A stretch of DNA of 64,000 nucleotides from Candidatus Omnitrophota bacterium (GTDB lineage: Bacteria; Omnitrophota; Gorgyraeia; Gygaellales; UBA12090). Made by a program: the position numbers and the translations under genes. The stretch is from NCBI GenBank assembly GCA_030674475.1, contig JAUSCZ010000035.1:6432-70431 (forward strand), written 5' to 3'. Positions 37,040-48,307 of this stretch are shown in pieces. Under the pieces are notes generated by a model that was not told the DNA's origin, made no database searches, and worked only from the letters and a program-made list of their open reading frames with translations. Position 1 is the first letter of the stretch. Each line of letters opens with the position of its first letter.

Positions 37040-38404
37040 TTACTTTACGCCGATAGAAACTGACTCCTTCGGCAAAATATAAAAGGCGTCGGGAATCTTA
37101 AATTTAGGCAGGAATTTACTTAAATATTTTTCCAGCGCCAAAGGGTTTAGGCGCTGGTTTTTTTTTATTTTTATGAAGGCAACCGGACGAAATCCATATT
37201 CCTGATTGGGATGCGCCACAACATAAGCATCTTCAATTAACGCGCACTTACGCAAAAAATATTCTATCTCTTCAGGAAAGATGTTTTCTCCCCCTGAGAT
37301 AAACATGGCGTCTTTCCTCCCCCTTACTGTCAGAAATCCTCCTCTTCTAAGAGAGCCCATATCCCCGGTATGAAACCAGCCATCTTTATCAACTGCCGGC
37401 TTTAACGCTCCGTTTTTGATATAACCTTGAAAAAGCGTCTTGCCGGCGGCCAGGATTTCTCCGTCATAAGCCACGCGTATTTTGCGATAACGCAGCACTT
37501 TCGCGCCTTTATGATTAAGCGTGGCGGTTGTTGCTACTTGAGAAGCCATTTCCGTGAGCCCATATGATACATAGAGAGGAACTCCTCGGCTGCGCGCCTC
37601 TGCCCTGAGTTGTTCTGGCATAGCGCTCCCTCCTACAAGCAGCGCTTTAAGTTTCTTGAGCGCGCTACACCCTTTTGCCGCCAAAGCTCTTTGTAACTGC
37701 GCGGCCACCAAGGAAACATGGGTAATATGACACTTACTAATTACCGAACAGACATCTTTATTTTTAGAAATAACCACTGCCGCGCCTTTTAAAAAACAAC
37801 GAAATAGAATACTCAGGCCGGACACATGATAAAGCGGCAGAGATAAAAGCCAGCGGTCAGAAGACTTAACCGGGATATTTCCATCGGAGCCAAGCGCGCT
37901 GTAATAATGGTTGGCGAAGGTATGTTGAACAGCTTTGGGCAGGGCGCGGCTGCCTGAGGTAAAAAGTATTGTTGCCGGTTGATTAAACGCGTAAAGGACA
38001 CTTTTAGATAAAGTTAGCGGCGCGTTTTTTATAACTATGCTTTCTAAAGAAATTACGTCAACCGGAAGGTTTTTATACGCTTCAGGTTCTCTAGCGAAAA
38101 GAGTTTTTCCGCGAACATTTTTTATTTGCTCACCAAGCGCCTCCGGCGGAAGCCTATCGCTTAAAAGGCAGGCCACCGCGCCAATGCGCCACAAGGCAAA
38201 TAAGGTAATGATGTATTCAGGATTTGCCGGAGCCGATATACAAACCCTCTCTTTTTCCTTAATGCCTATATGCTTGAGTTTTTGGGCGCAATAGTCTATG
38301 GCGCGGTCAAAGGCTTTATAAGTAAGCGTTTCGCTATCAGATATAATCGCGCCCCGCCAGCCATATTTAAGCGCGTTTATTTTTATAGGACAGCGAATCT
38401 GCAT
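37040..38404 (-). CDS. menE: o-Succinylbenzoate--CoA ligase
   Basis: AMP-binding motifs (TSGSRALPKAV, YGLTEM, GDMG). Position inside the men cluster. Confidence 0.75.
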   Translation of the reverse strand: MQIRCPIKINALKYGWRGAIISDSETLTYKAFDRAIDYCAQKLKHIGIKEKERVCISAPANPEYIITLFALWRIGAVACLLSDRLPPEALGEQIKNVRGKTLFAREPEAYKNLPVDVISLESIVIKNAPLTLSKSVLYAFNQPATILFTSGSRALPKAVQHTFANHYYSALGSDGNIPVKSSDRWLLSLPLYHVSGLSILFRCFLKGAAVVISKNKDVCSVISKCHITHVSLVAAQLQRALAAKGCSALKKLKALLVGGSAMPEQLRAEARSRGVPLYVSYGLTEMASQVATTATLNHKGAKVLRYRKIRVAYDGEILAAGKTLFQGYIKNGALKPAVDKDGWFHTGDMGSLRRGGFLTVRGRKDAMFISGGENIFPEEIEYFLRKCALIEDAYVVAHPNQEYGFRPVAFIKIKKNQRLNPLALEKYLSKFLPKFKIPDAFYILPKESVSIGVK

Positions 38405-38421
38405 AATTTTTTTGGGGGGGG

Positions 38422-39504
38422 TTAAGCTTGACTTAAGTTTTCGAAATTAATATCGCCCTCACTTAGAGGTTTAGGAGACACTACTATCTTTCCTTCTTGA
38501 ATCACAAAAGGCGCCTTTAATAAATCTTTTTCAAAATATTTTAAGGTATCAATCCCTGCCCGGCAAGTGCCGCCCAGCCCCGCGGCAAGCTGAATTAGAG
38601 AAAACAATCCGATTCCGGATTCAAACGAAGAACTCACCACAATTTGTATTCCGTTTTTCTTGGCATCATTTGCCATCACAAGCGCTTTCCTTACGCCTCC
38701 CAACAGAGTAGGTTTTAACACCCAGGCCCTCACCCCTTCACGCATCTTAACAGCCTTACCTCCTTGTGAAATAAGCGATTCATCTAAGGCGGAGACGATG
38801 CCTGTCTTATGAAAAAAAACAGAAGTCTTTTCTATGTCTTTAAAAGGCTCTTCAAGGTATTCAATCTGCTTGGGGTCAATCGCGCCCGCGAAATACAGGG
38901 CGTCATCGTAACTCCATCTTTGATTCACGTCTAAATGTATCCGGGCGCGATTATTCAACAATTTCAAAACCGCTTTGACACGCTCAACATCTTTTTTTAC
39001 CGCGCCGCCGGCCTTTACTTTTATTGATTGAAACCCTTTTCTAAGCAAATCATTAACCGCCTGGCCAAGAGGCTCTTCCTCTTGAAGCAGTCCATTAACC
39101 ATAATGGCAGAACTTGGAGATTCTCCCCAAAGATAAGACAGCGGCTTTTGCAGTTTACGCGCTAACGCGCTATAAAGCGCTGTTTCCACCCCAAAACGGA
39201 CTTCGGGGATAAGGGGACATAAACCTATCTGACGAAACAAACCGTCTAATTCATCAGGAAATTCTTGAATGGCTAAACCCTTAGTGAATTCCTTAAGATT
39301 ATTGAGACATTCTTCTATTTCTCCACCCTCCAATCCTTTGAGAGGAGCAATCTCGCCAAATCCCTGCCATTGGTCATCCAGGGTCAAAGAAAGAATAATC
39401 CCTTCCCGTAAACGCGTTTGGCTTCTGCCTCGAATTACAATGGGAGATTTTAAGGGCAAGGCATAGCGATAGATTTTAAAGGAGGTAACTTTCACAGTAT
39501 CCAA
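38422..39504 (-). CDS. menC: o-Succinylbenzoate synthase (enolase superfamily)
   Basis: Enolase-superfamily metal-binding segments (KVKAGG..., HLDVNQRW, EEP). Position inside the men cluster. Confidence 0.7.
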   Translation of the reverse strand: MDTVKVTSFKIYRYALPLKSPIVIRGRSQTRLREGIILSLTLDDQWQGFGEIAPLKGLEGGEIEECLNNLKEFTKGLAIQEFPDELDGLFRQIGLCPLIPEVRFGVETALYSALARKLQKPLSYLWGESPSSAIMVNGLLQEEEPLGQAVNDLLRKGFQSIKVKAGGAVKKDVERVKAVLKLLNNRARIHLDVNQRWSYDDALYFAGAIDPKQIEYLEEPFKDIEKTSVFFHKTGIVSALDESLISQGGKAVKMREGVRAWVLKPTLLGGVRKALVMANDAKKNGIQIVVSSSFESGIGLFSLIQLAAGLGGTCRAGIDTLKYFEKDLLKAPFVIQEGKIVVSPKPLSEGDINFENLSQA

Positions 39505-40373
39505 CCCAGGGAAAAAAGAATACTGTAAATAATCAGGAGTTTTCCGGTAAAGCCTAACACCCGGTTAAGCGAAGGGCCGTCAGTTTTGGTAAGAATGACT
39601 TGAATGCTGGGAATAGCAATGAGGATTATACTTGAGACAAATACTATCTTGAAATGCTCCTTGGTGATAAGATAAAGGTAAACAGGGATTGCCGCCGCGA
39701 AAAGAATCGAGCCTATGTATTCGCACTGAGCGAAGCCCCTGCCAAAACGCACGGCCAGGGTGGATTTGCCGGTTAGGGCGTCAGTAGATATATCCCGGTA
39801 ATTATTGACGCAGAGCATTGAGACTGAAAGAGCGCCCGCTCCTAATCCCGCGAGGATTGCCGCGTTATTCCAAGCGAGTGATTGCGTATAATAAGTCCCG
39901 GCCACGGCAACCGGCCCAAAGAAGATAAAGACAAAAAGCTCACCCAGGCCTATATACCCCAGCGGTTTTGGGCCAGCGGTATAAAGAATTCCTGAGGCGA
40001 TAGAAAAAATACCGATAACCACAATAGGCACCCCACCCCTGTACACCAAATAGGCTGATGCCAAAATAGCGGCCGCGAAAACAAAAATAAAACTTCTCTT
40101 TACTGCCTGAGGGCTGAGCAGGCCTGCCTGGGTTACCCTGGTCGGCCCAATACGCTCGGAGGTATCCGCTCCTTTCTTAAAATCAAAATAGTCGTTGGCA
40201 AGATTCGTCCCGATCTGAATCAAAAGCGCGCACAAAAGGCATAAAGACGCGCTTAAGAAATGGGATACCCCATCCCCGTAGGCCATTGCCGCGCCTATGA
40301 CTACCGGTGCCCCTGCCGCGGGCAAAGTCTTTAGCCGACAAGCCATCTGCCAGGCTTTTAATCTACTATTCAT
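39492..40373 (-). CDS. menA: 1,4-dihydroxy-2-naphthoate polyprenyltransferase (UbiA family)
   Basis: Polytopic UbiA-family protein with NDYFD motif. Confidence 0.75.
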   Translation of the reverse strand: MNSRLKAWQMACRLKTLPAAGAPVVIGAAMAYGDGVSHFLSASLCLLCALLIQIGTNLANDYFDFKKGADTSERIGPTRVTQAGLLSPQAVKRSFIFVFAAAILASAYLVYRGGVPIVVIGIFSIASGILYTAGPKPLGYIGLGELFVFIFFGPVAVAGTYYTQSLAWNNAAILAGLGAGALSVSMLCVNNYRDISTDALTGKSTLAVRFGRGFAQCEYIGSILFAAAIPVYLYLITKEHFKIVFVSSIILIAIPSIQVILTKTDGPSLNRVLGFTGKLLIIYSILFSLGWIL

Positions 40374-40394
40374 TATGCGGATATTGTAACTATC

Positions 40395-41222
40395 TTACGG
40401 CCGTTTGGGGAAGCGCGAAAAGTTGGGTTTTCTTTTTTCCACAAAGGCATCGCGGCCTTCCTGGCCTTCTTCGGTCATATAAAAAAGCATCGTGGTATTT
40501 CCGGCTAATTCTTGCAGGCCGGCCTGGCCATCGCAGTCAGCGTTTAAGGCTGCCTTAAGGCAGCGTAGGGCAATCGGAGAATTCGCCAGAATCTCCTTAC
40601 ACCACTTGAGAGTTTCTTTTTCCAGGTCTTTTAAGGTTACGACCTTGTTCACTAAGCCCATTTGAAGCGCTTCCCGGGCGTTATACTTGCGGCACAAAAA
40701 CCAGATTTCCCGCGCCTTCTTCTGCCCCACCACCCGCGCCAGATAAGAAGCACCATAGCCGCCGTCAAATGAGCCCACCTTTGGCCCGGTTTGACCGAAA
40801 ATAGCGTTATCCGCGGCAATCGTAAGGTCTGCCATAAGAGCCAAGATATTTCCACCGCCAATGGCATAACCGGCCACCATGGCAATAATCGGTTTGGGGC
40901 AGGTCCTCATCTGGCGCTGAAAATCAAGCACATTCAGCCGCTGGACGCCTTTTCCATCCTTGTATCCGGCATCGCCGCGTATCTTTTGGTCTCCGCCTGA
41001 ACAAAAAGCGCGCCTTCCCTTGCCAGTGAGAATTATTACCCCGATTTTCTCATCATTACGCGCGTCATCCAGGGCCTTAGACATTTCAATCACAGTTAGA
41101 GGACGAAAGGCGTTTAACGCCTCGGGGCGGTTAATGGTAATTTTGGCAATTCCCTCTGTCTTTTCATATTCAATATCGCTAAAGCTTAGCGTTTTTATCC
41201 ACTTAATCTTTTGATTCTTCAT
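40395..41222 (-). CDS. menB: 1,4-dihydroxy-2-naphthoyl-CoA synthase (crotonase fold)
   Basis: Crotonase fold with a strongly conserved MenB sequence ([12 protein letters not shown]...[13 protein letters not shown]). Confidence 0.85.
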   Translation of the reverse strand: MKNQKIKWIKTLSFSDIEYEKTEGIAKITINRPEALNAFRPLTVIEMSKALDDARNDEKIGVIILTGKGRRAFCSGGDQKIRGDAGYKDGKGVQRLNVLDFQRQMRTCPKPIIAMVAGYAIGGGNILALMADLTIAADNAIFGQTGPKVGSFDGGYGASYLARVVGQKKAREIWFLCRKYNAREALQMGLVNKVVTLKDLEKETLKWCKEILANSPIALRCLKAALNADCDGQAGLQELAGNTTMLFYMTEEGQEGRDAFVEKRKPNFSRFPKRP

Positions 41223-42997
41223 TTCTTAGGCCTCCCCCTCAAACAAGCTCGTATCGTGTTTTGCGAAGTTTGCAGCGCCTTATAATTTTCATCGCGATTA
41301 GCTTCAATTTCAATAATAGTTGTTCCCTTTTTTTCTAAAGCGCCGCGGTAAGTGTCAGCGAATTCCCGCGCTGTTGTCACCCTGGCGTAGGCGATCTGAA
41401 ACATTCCTGCCGCCAGCTCAAAGCTAAAGGTATGCGGCGCGGCAAAATATTTTTCAAAAACACTCGGAAACGCGGCAATCGGCAAAAAAGAAAAAATCCC
41501 GCCTCCGCGATCATTGATTACAATAATAACCAGCGGATATTTAAGTTCTTTTGCCAGCGCCAAAGAATTAAGGTCATGGAGAAAGGCTAAATCCCCGATA
41601 AGCACGACACAAGGCTTACCTAAACCATTAGTGAACCCTATCGCGGAAGCAATGGTACCATCAATACCGCTTGAGCCGCGGTTCGCACCCACGCGGCATA
41701 AATTCTTATTTACCCCGGCAAACATATCCATTATTCGAATAGACATACTGTTGGCCAAGAATATCCCTGTTTCCTGGGAAGGGAGCGTGCTTATACGCTG
41801 TGCCAAAACGCCGGGAGTAAGAGACGCGGCCCCATTTATCTCAGCTAAAAGACATTGCTGAACGCGTTCGGATGCCTTTTTGAGCTGGGCGGTAAAATTA
41901 TTCCTTTTGCGCTGTTTTAAAAACTGCTTGATAGCCCCGCAAAAATAGGAAACTGAACATTCAATCCGCGTTGTTACGCGATGCAGGGGGTCATTACGCA
42001 AAGGATGATTAAGCACGGTAATATAAGAAATGAGGGTAATCTTTTTAATAAACTCATACCAGCGGCTCGAAGTCAATCGTCCTCCCAGATGAAGAACGCC
42101 ATCTGGCTTATAGCGCGCCAAGAGCGCGGGCTCAAGCAAGAGTTGGTCAAAATAATGAATTACCATTTCGTCATTACTTTTTAGGCGCAATCCAGAGGTT
42201 ATATCGGCGAAAACCGGCCATTGCAGGATACGCGCGAGGATAAGGACATTTTTCTCTTCCTCTTCATTTCTTAATTTCCCTACAGCGATAATTCCCCGTT
42301 TGATCGCGCTAAGTTCCTGAGCAAGGTTTTTAAGCTCCTCTGATGATAAGCTTTTTTCATAAAACGTATAGCGCGTCCACGGCAAGGAATTTTTTAACCA
42401 CCGGCTAAGAGGTTTTAAGTTCCCCGGGGTAAATCCTTTTTCCGGTATCGGAGCCAGCGGCTCGCGAAACATACAATTTATATGCACCGGGCCGGGGAAG
42501 TTGGCGCGCGCGCGATAGACTGCCTGATCAATAGTAGTTACTACCGTTTCTAAGGGTATCTCTTTCGTGGGGCAGGGCAGGTCAAAGAAAAAACGCGCGT
42601 AATCGCCAAAAATTTTTACCTGGTCAATGGTTTGATTAGCTCCGGTGTTCCGCAATTCAGGGGGACGATCAGCAGTCAGAATAATCAAGGGAAGTTTTTT
42701 CTTGGATGCCTCAATAATCGCGGGGAAAAAATTGGCCACCGCCGTGCCTGAGGTCGCGATAAGACAAGCTGGCTTACCACTTGAGGCAGCATACCCTAAG
42801 GCATAATAGGCCAGGCCCCGCTCATCAAAATGAATAAAGCTCTTCGCGCGCCTATTCTCGGCAACCGCGACCACCAGCGGCCCGGAACGCGAACCCGGAG
42901 CAATACAAAAATGCTCCACCCCCAAGCGTATCAGCTCCTCAATAATCAGCTTTCCCCAGAGATGGTTTATGTTTTTTGTATCGCGTAGATCAAACAT
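41219..42997 (-). CDS. menD: SEPHCHC synthase (TPP-dependent)
   Basis: ThDP-binding fold ([12 protein letters not shown]), MenD-like length and position. Confidence 0.8.
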   Translation of the reverse strand: MFDLRDTKNINHLWGKLIIEELIRLGVEHFCIAPGSRSGPLVVAVAENRRAKSFIHFDERGLAYYALGYAASSGKPACLIATSGTAVANFFPAIIEASKKKLPLIILTADRPPELRNTGANQTIDQVKIFGDYARFFFDLPCPTKEIPLETVVTTIDQAVYRARANFPGPVHINCMFREPLAPIPEKGFTPGNLKPLSRWLKNSLPWTRYTFYEKSLSSEELKNLAQELSAIKRGIIAVGKLRNEEEEKNVLILARILQWPVFADITSGLRLKSNDEMVIHYFDQLLLEPALLARYKPDGVLHLGGRLTSSRWYEFIKKITLISYITVLNHPLRNDPLHRVTTRIECSVSYFCGAIKQFLKQRKRNNFTAQLKKASERVQQCLLAEINGAASLTPGVLAQRISTLPSQETGIFLANSMSIRIMDMFAGVNKNLCRVGANRGSSGIDGTIASAIGFTNGLGKPCVVLIGDLAFLHDLNSLALAKELKYPLVIIVINDRGGGIFSFLPIAAFPSVFEKYFAAPHTFSFELAAGMFQIAYARVTTAREFADTYRGALEKKGTTIIEIEANRDENYKALQTSQNTIRACLRGRPKK

Positions 42998-44383
42998 TTA
43001 TCGCTCGCTAAAAAGGTTAAGGAAAATGCTCTTTTTCTGCTCTATCTCCTGCCATTCCTCATCCGCGGTTGAGCCCTCCACAATACCCGCGCCAGCGTAT
43101 AAATTGACGCGGCTGCCCTGCATCAGCGCGCAACGAAGGGCAACGGCGAAATCAACTGAATCATAGCCTATATGCCCTATCGGCCCGGCATACCAGCCGC
43201 GCTCAAATGGCTCTAATTTCGCGATTGCCTTTAGCGCCTGAGCCCTGGGCATCCCGCCTACCGCGGGTGTTGGATGAAGCACGGTTAAAATCTGGGCGTC
43301 ATCTACTGTGTCCCTCAATGTCCCTTGGAAACGGGTAATTAAATGATGCGCGCTTGAGGCCTTTACCACCGAGGGCACGGCATCCGCCTGCCAAGACACG
43401 CATAATTTTTTGAAGGCGTCTTTAATCGCCTCAACCACGATTTTATGTTCCCGCGCGTCTTTGGGTGAATCAAGCAGTATTTTTTCAAAATGAGCGTCCT
43501 CATCAGTTGTTTCTCCCCGCGGCCTTGTCCCCGCAAGGGCCTCGCTTTCGATAGCAACGCCTTGACGCTTAAGCAGGCGCTCCGGTGACGCGCCAAAAAA
43601 GGCACAGTCATCTTGCGGCTGGAAATAATAGTGGAAAGAGCCTTGCGCCTGTTGAGTAAGTTTTTTAAATACCGCAAGGGGATCAACCTTTGAAACAAGC
43701 TCAATAGATGTCTTTTGGGCCAAGACTATTTTTTGATAGATAGTTTTACCTGAAGGCTGAATATGCTCTTTGAATAGTTTTTGCCATTCTTGGCTATTGG
43801 GAGACACGGAAAAAGACTTAATCTTCGGAATAGAAACATCCGCCAGGCTCAGAGAAAATAAAATTTCATCTAAAGCGCGCAGGTAATCCTTAATCAAGGA
43901 TTCAGTAACATCTTGGGTTACTATATTACAGGCAAAGAAACATTCACCTTTTCTCTTTACAATTTCGAAGCGAGGAAGTAAAAAACAGTAGGCGCCGAAT
44001 GCCTTCCATTCTTGCGCCGTCTTTCTCGTGCCGGCTATGTCTCTATTAACTTCAGGCGGATAGAAATCCATTCCTCCATAATAACGGATATCACCGCCTG
44101 CCGAAAGCCTTTGGGAAATAGCGTTAAAAGGCGCATTGTAAGTATCAATCGCGCTACCTCGCGTTATATCCGCGGTTCCAATTCCCGCCATCCGGAAAGA
44201 ATTATCCCTGCTTGCCCAATACAGCTTAACCTGGCTTGTTTGAGCGTCCAGCCAATCTAAGCAATTAACTCGCGGACAAGGCACCTCAAAGCGCAAGATA
44301 CTTTTTTGCTTATCACGATATGCGCCTCGCGAAAGCCTAAGGATGTCTTGGGCTATTCTCTCTTTAACTTCCTGAAATGACAT
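42998..44383 (-). CDS. menF: Isochorismate synthase
   Basis: Chorismate-binding C-terminal domain (GTLHPTPAVGG, AGAGIVEGS). Confidence 0.8.
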   Translation of the reverse strand: MSFQEVKERIAQDILRLSRGAYRDKQKSILRFEVPCPRVNCLDWLDAQTSQVKLYWASRDNSFRMAGIGTADITRGSAIDTYNAPFNAISQRLSAGGDIRYYGGMDFYPPEVNRDIAGTRKTAQEWKAFGAYCFLLPRFEIVKRKGECFFACNIVTQDVTESLIKDYLRALDEILFSLSLADVSIPKIKSFSVSPNSQEWQKLFKEHIQPSGKTIYQKIVLAQKTSIELVSKVDPLAVFKKLTQQAQGSFHYYFQPQDDCAFFGASPERLLKRQGVAIESEALAGTRPRGETTDEDAHFEKILLDSPKDAREHKIVVEAIKDAFKKLCVSWQADAVPSVVKASSAHHLITRFQGTLRDTVDDAQILTVLHPTPAVGGMPRAQALKAIAKLEPFERGWYAGPIGHIGYDSVDFAVALRCALMQGSRVNLYAGAGIVEGSTADEEWQEIEQKKSIFLNLFSER

Positions 44384-44409
44384 AATGATTTGCTCTGAAC
44401 AGATAACAA

Positions 44410-44988
44410 CTAATAGTTCTCTGCCAAGACCTCATAATAGGCCTGTGGGTGCTTGCAGGCAGGGCATTCCTTGGGGGCATCAGCTGATTCACTTACGTAT
44501 CCGCAGTTGATACAGTGCCATTTTACCGGAGATTTTTTCTTAAATACCTCACCATTCATAAGGTTATTAATAAGTTTACGGTAACGTGTTTCGTGGAATT
44601 TCTCAACCTTGGCCACCTGTTCAAATGAACGGCACACATCAGGAAATCCTTCGTCCTTTGCTGTTTTGGCAAAGTCCTGATACAGCGCGGTCCACTCTAA
44701 GTTTTCGCCCGCGGCCGCGGCCTCAAGGTTGGTTTTTGTGTCCTTTATTGCCCCGGCAGGATATACCGCGGTTATCTCCACATCCCCGCCTTCAAGATGT
44801 TTAAAAAACACCTTGGCGTGCTCCTTTTCATTCTCCGCGGTCTCGGTGAAAATATTGGCTATCTGCTCATAGCCTTCCTTTTTCGCGGCAGAGGCAAAGT
44901 AAGTATAACGGTTACGCGCCTGCGACTCACCGGCAAATGCCTTCAATAAATTCTGCTCTGTCTTACTGCCTTTAATTGATTTTACCAT
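44410..44988 (-). CDS. rbr: Rubrerythrin
   Basis: Ferritin-like di-iron E..H motifs plus a C-terminal rubredoxin-like CxxC...CxxC. Confidence 0.85.
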   Translation of the reverse strand: MVKSIKGSKTEQNLLKAFAGESQARNRYTYFASAAKKEGYEQIANIFTETAENEKEHAKVFFKHLEGGDVEITAVYPAGAIKDTKTNLEAAAAGENLEWTALYQDFAKTAKDEGFPDVCRSFEQVAKVEKFHETRYRKLINNLMNGEVFKKKSPVKWHCINCGYVSESADAPKECPACKHPQAYYEVLAENY

Positions 44989-45032
44989 GGGCTGAGTCCT
45001 CCTATGTATTTTTAATTTAATATATCACCGCG

Positions 45033-45893
45033 TCAGCGGCGCGTGAATAAAAGCGCGTACCAGTTTTTTTGAACGAGCACCCGCAGGCATCTGAGCCGCC
45101 TGTCGCTAAACTTTTTCCTGAAACCGGAATAATTATCGCGATAAATCCCGGAAACCGCCAGATATTTTCCCGGCTTCAGGCACGCGATGAACTTGTTCTT
45201 TAGCTTGATCAAATCCTCGGTGAGCAGGTTTGCCGCGATAAAATCAAATTGCTTCTCTGCGCGAAACTCATCAAAACTTAGCGTCTTTATACAGGCTGGC
45301 CGACACTGATTTATCCTTAAATTACGCCGCGCCGTCTTTATCGCGTCTTTGTCAATGTCAATGGCATAGAGCTGGCTCGCGCCGTATCTATGGGCAATAA
45401 TTGAGAGTATGCCTGAACCGGTGCCTACATCAAGAAAACACGAAAACCTTCCTTTTTCCAAAGCAATGAACCGCGCCATCATTCGCGTAGTCGCGTGCAG
45501 CCCTGAGCCAAAGGCAAAAACCGTATCAATATAAATATCCTTATCGCTCTTTTTTGTTTCTTGCCGCGCCTTCCATAAGGGCACAACCCGAATCTGCCTG
45601 GTGATGGCAAAAGGCTTGACGTATTTTTTCCAGCGCGTCTTCCAATCTTTATCTTTTAACGGCTTCACGCGCAGAAAAAAGCCCTTAAGCCTCAGCGCGC
45701 GGATTTTGGCAAAAACCGCCAGGGCCTTTTTTCTTGATTTAAGGAAAAATGAAAGGCAGGTTTTTCCTTTTTGCAGTTTTTCAACAATATCCTGCTCTCT
45801 CACACCGAGATTTATTAAAACAAGGCGTAATAAATCGGACTGCGCCAACCGCGCCGATTTTATGATAAGCCTACATTCAAACATGCCCCCCAC
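45033..45893 (-). CDS. prmA: Ribosomal protein L11 methyltransferase
   Basis: IDTVFAFGSGLHATT...FLDVGTGSGILSI motifs. Confidence 0.75.
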   Translation of the reverse strand: MGGMFECRLIIKSARLAQSDLLRLVLINLGVREQDIVEKLQKGKTCLSFFLKSRKKALAVFAKIRALRLKGFFLRVKPLKDKDWKTRWKKYVKPFAITRQIRVVPLWKARQETKKSDKDIYIDTVFAFGSGLHATTRMMARFIALEKGRFSCFLDVGTGSGILSIIAHRYGASQLYAIDIDKDAIKTARRNLRINQCRPACIKTLSFDEFRAEKQFDFIAANLLTEDLIKLKNKFIACLKPGKYLAVSGIYRDNYSGFRKKFSDRRLRCLRVLVQKNWYALLFTRR

Positions 45894-45903
45894 CTTCTTG
45901 GCC

Positions 45904-46725
45904 TTAAGCAGTGAAATATCCCCGCGGGGTAATCATATATTTATCTTTAACAAAAGTTTGTGAATTGCCTACGATAATGGTGGTTACCATGTCTATGTTC
46001 TTAAAAGAAGGCATTGCTTTTAATGTGGTGATTTTTACTTCCTGGCCGACCCTTTCGCAATTACGCACTATCCCCACCGGTGTTTTAGGTGATCTGCAAC
46101 GCATCAGTATCTGCCAGGCTCTTTGCAAAGGTTTAGCGCGCTTCTTGCCTTTAGGATTATACAGCGCGATTACAAAATCCGCCTTCGCGGCTGCTTCAAC
46201 CCTCTGCTCAATCAAACCTAAATCCGTAAGAAGGTCACTCAATGAAATCACCGCGAAATCATGCATAAGCGGCGCCCCCAAAATAGCCGCGCTGCCAGAA
46301 GAAGCCATTACCCCGGGGATGATTTCAACTTTTATCTTATCATCTTTTTTGAGCAATTCCAAGACCAGTCCGGCCATACCATAAACACCGGAATCGCCGC
46401 TGGAAACGAGACAGACGCGATAACCTTCCTTAGCCTTATCTATAGCCTGCCTGGCCCTTTCCACTTCGTGGGTCATACCGGTAGAAATTAATTCTTTGCC
46501 TCTGGATAAATTCCCCAAAAGCGCTATATAGGTTTTATATCCGGCGATGACACTGCTTTTTTCTATAGCCTTTTTTGCCCTTAAAGTCAACAGGTCGAGG
46601 CTTCCCGGCCCAATACCTACAACGGTTAATTTTCCCTGGCGATGGCTACGGTGAGGCCGCTTAATTTCATTTTTGGCACTATCAGTTTCGCTCTTTTTCC
46701 GGCTAATAACGCGCATGGCTCGCAT
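45904..46725 (-). CDS. cbiH: Cobalt-factor III / precorrin-3B C17-methyltransferase
   Basis: Tetrapyrrole methylase fold VVGIGPGSLDLLTLRAKKAI. The 5' end overlaps cbiG by 100 nt, so the true start probably lies downstream. Confidence 0.75.
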   Translation of the reverse strand: MRAMRVISRKKSETDSAKNEIKRPHRSHRQGKLTVVGIGPGSLDLLTLRAKKAIEKSSVIAGYKTYIALLGNLSRGKELISTGMTHEVERARQAIDKAKEGYRVCLVSSGDSGVYGMAGLVLELLKKDDKIKVEIIPGVMASSGSAAILGAPLMHDFAVISLSDLLTDLGLIEQRVEAAAKADFVIALYNPKGKKRAKPLQRAWQILMRCRSPKTPVGIVRNCERVGQEVKITTLKAMPSFKNIDMVTTIIVGNSQTFVKDKYMITPRGYFTA

Positions 46726-47378
46726 ACTCCTTCTATCCCGATTTTTTTTAACACAAATGCTGATTTCGTATATGCCCCCTGGTAATGCTTAATTCTTATT
46801 CTTGAAATAATCCGTAGAGGCACTCCTAATGTTTGAGATGCTTCACATAACCCTTTTTCCTTAGCCTTCAAATCTATAGTAGCCAGATAACGCACTCTTT
46901 TTAAAGGGCACCTTGCTTTCCTCAATGCCTTCTTAATCCCCGACACCACATCTTCCTTTTTTATCCCCTTCCTACAGCCGATACCAATAATAGTATCCTT
47001 CAAAGCCTCAGTCGCGGTAGTAATTACCGGCTCGGCATCCAGAATATTGGCCGTTTGTATGGCTAAATTATTGGCCCCGCCTTCGTGTCCGGAAAGCAGG
47101 CTGATCGCGTAACGGGAGAAATCATCCACCACCACTACAGCCGGATCACGGTATTTATTCTTTAGATATGGGGCAATCATCCGCACGGCAATCCCCATCG
47201 CCATTATAAAGATTATGCCTTCAAACTTATCCTTATCAAATATCCCGGTAACTAAATCCTTAAGCTGACCCGGCGAAGGATTAAAACAGGAAACCTCTTG
47301 CTGCCTAAAGCCGTGTTTAATGATTTTGGCAATCTCCCGGCCGTTCTTATTAATCGCCACTACCGCTATTTTTTTCAT
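46626..47378 (-). CDS. cbiG: Cobalt-precorrin-5A hydrolase
   Basis: CbiG-like N- and C-domains. Position between cbiF and cbiH. Confidence 0.7.
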   Translation of the reverse strand: MKKIAVVAINKNGREIAKIIKHGFRQQEVSCFNPSPGQLKDLVTGIFDKDKFEGIIFIMAMGIAVRMIAPYLKNKYRDPAVVVVDDFSRYAISLLSGHEGGANNLAIQTANILDAEPVITTATEALKDTIIGIGCRKGIKKEDVVSGIKKALRKARCPLKRVRYLATIDLKAKEKGLCEASQTLGVPLRIISRIRIKHYQGAYTKSAFVLKKIGIEGVCEPCALLAGKRAKLIVPKMKLSGLTVAIAREN

Positions 47379-48160
47379 TACTTGCGTATCTGCCTAAATC
47401 CGTGGGCAAAATCCTTAGCATAAAGCCGGCTGGGCTGATAACCTTTTTTCCTTAACACCTCTCCTACGATTATCAAGGCCTGGCGTTTGATTCCGGCGGC
47501 TTTGACCTTTTTGGCGATATCCGCTAATGTCCCCTGAATCCCGCGCTCATCCGGCCAGGAAACCCGCTCTATCACTGCCACCGGGGTATCATGGGCATAG
47601 CCGCGTTTCAATTTTCTAACCACTCGGCCGATATCCTGAACGCTCAAGAAAATAACTAAGGTGGCCCGGATCTTGGCTAATTTCTCTAAATCTTCCTTTT
47701 CGGGAACCTTGGTCCTTCCGGAAAGCCGGGTAATAATTACCGTCTGGGATACCCCAGGCAGTGTCCACTCCTGTTTCAGGCTGGCCGCCGCGGCCTGAAA
47801 CGAACTCACTCCCGGAATAACCTCATAGGATATTCCCTCTTTTTCGCACCAATCCATCTGCTCCTGAGTGGCCCCGTATAGAGAAGGATCCCCGGTATGC
47901 AGGCGGGCGATTATTTTCTTATCGGATTTCTCCTTTTCAATAACCCCCAAGATCTCCTCCAGGGTCATTTTAGAGGAGTCATAGCTGACTGCCGCCTTCT
48001 TGGCAAATTTCAAGATATCCTTATTCACCAGCGAGCCAGCATAAATGATAACATCCGCCTTCCGGATGATCTTTACCGCCTTAAGAGTCAACAACTCCAA
48101 ATCCCCCGGCCCAGCCCCGATGAAATAAACCTTAAGTAAAATTTTTGCGCTTTTCTTCAT
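47378..48160 (-). CDS. cbiF: Cobalt-precorrin-4 C11-methyltransferase
   Basis: VYFIGAGPGDLELLTLKAVKII motif, CbiF/CobM-like. Confidence 0.8.
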   Translation of the reverse strand: MKKSAKILLKVYFIGAGPGDLELLTLKAVKIIRKADVIIYAGSLVNKDILKFAKKAAVSYDSSKMTLEEILGVIEKEKSDKKIIARLHTGDPSLYGATQEQMDWCEKEGISYEVIPGVSSFQAAAASLKQEWTLPGVSQTVIITRLSGRTKVPEKEDLEKLAKIRATLVIFLSVQDIGRVVRKLKRGYAHDTPVAVIERVSWPDERGIQGTLADIAKKVKAAGIKRQALIIVGEVLRKKGYQPSRLYAKDFAHGFRQIRK

Positions 48161-48307
48161 AATATTTATTTATAATATAAACCCTTATTCCTTTCCCTGA
48201 GGCTGTACAAATAGATAACCCCGCCCTAACCTTTACAGGAATCAAGCGGGGAGTAAGTGTCATTATTTTAATATAGCTGCTGACTTTATTAAGGACTCTT
48301 TTTCGCG

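Noticed and set aside
48161-48307. Possible second cobalamin riboswitch in the 147-bp gap upstream of cbiF
   Set aside because: The gap is too short for the aptamer, and none of the conserved boxes (GGUGNNAAUCC, GCCACUG, GGGAAGG) is present on the minus strand.
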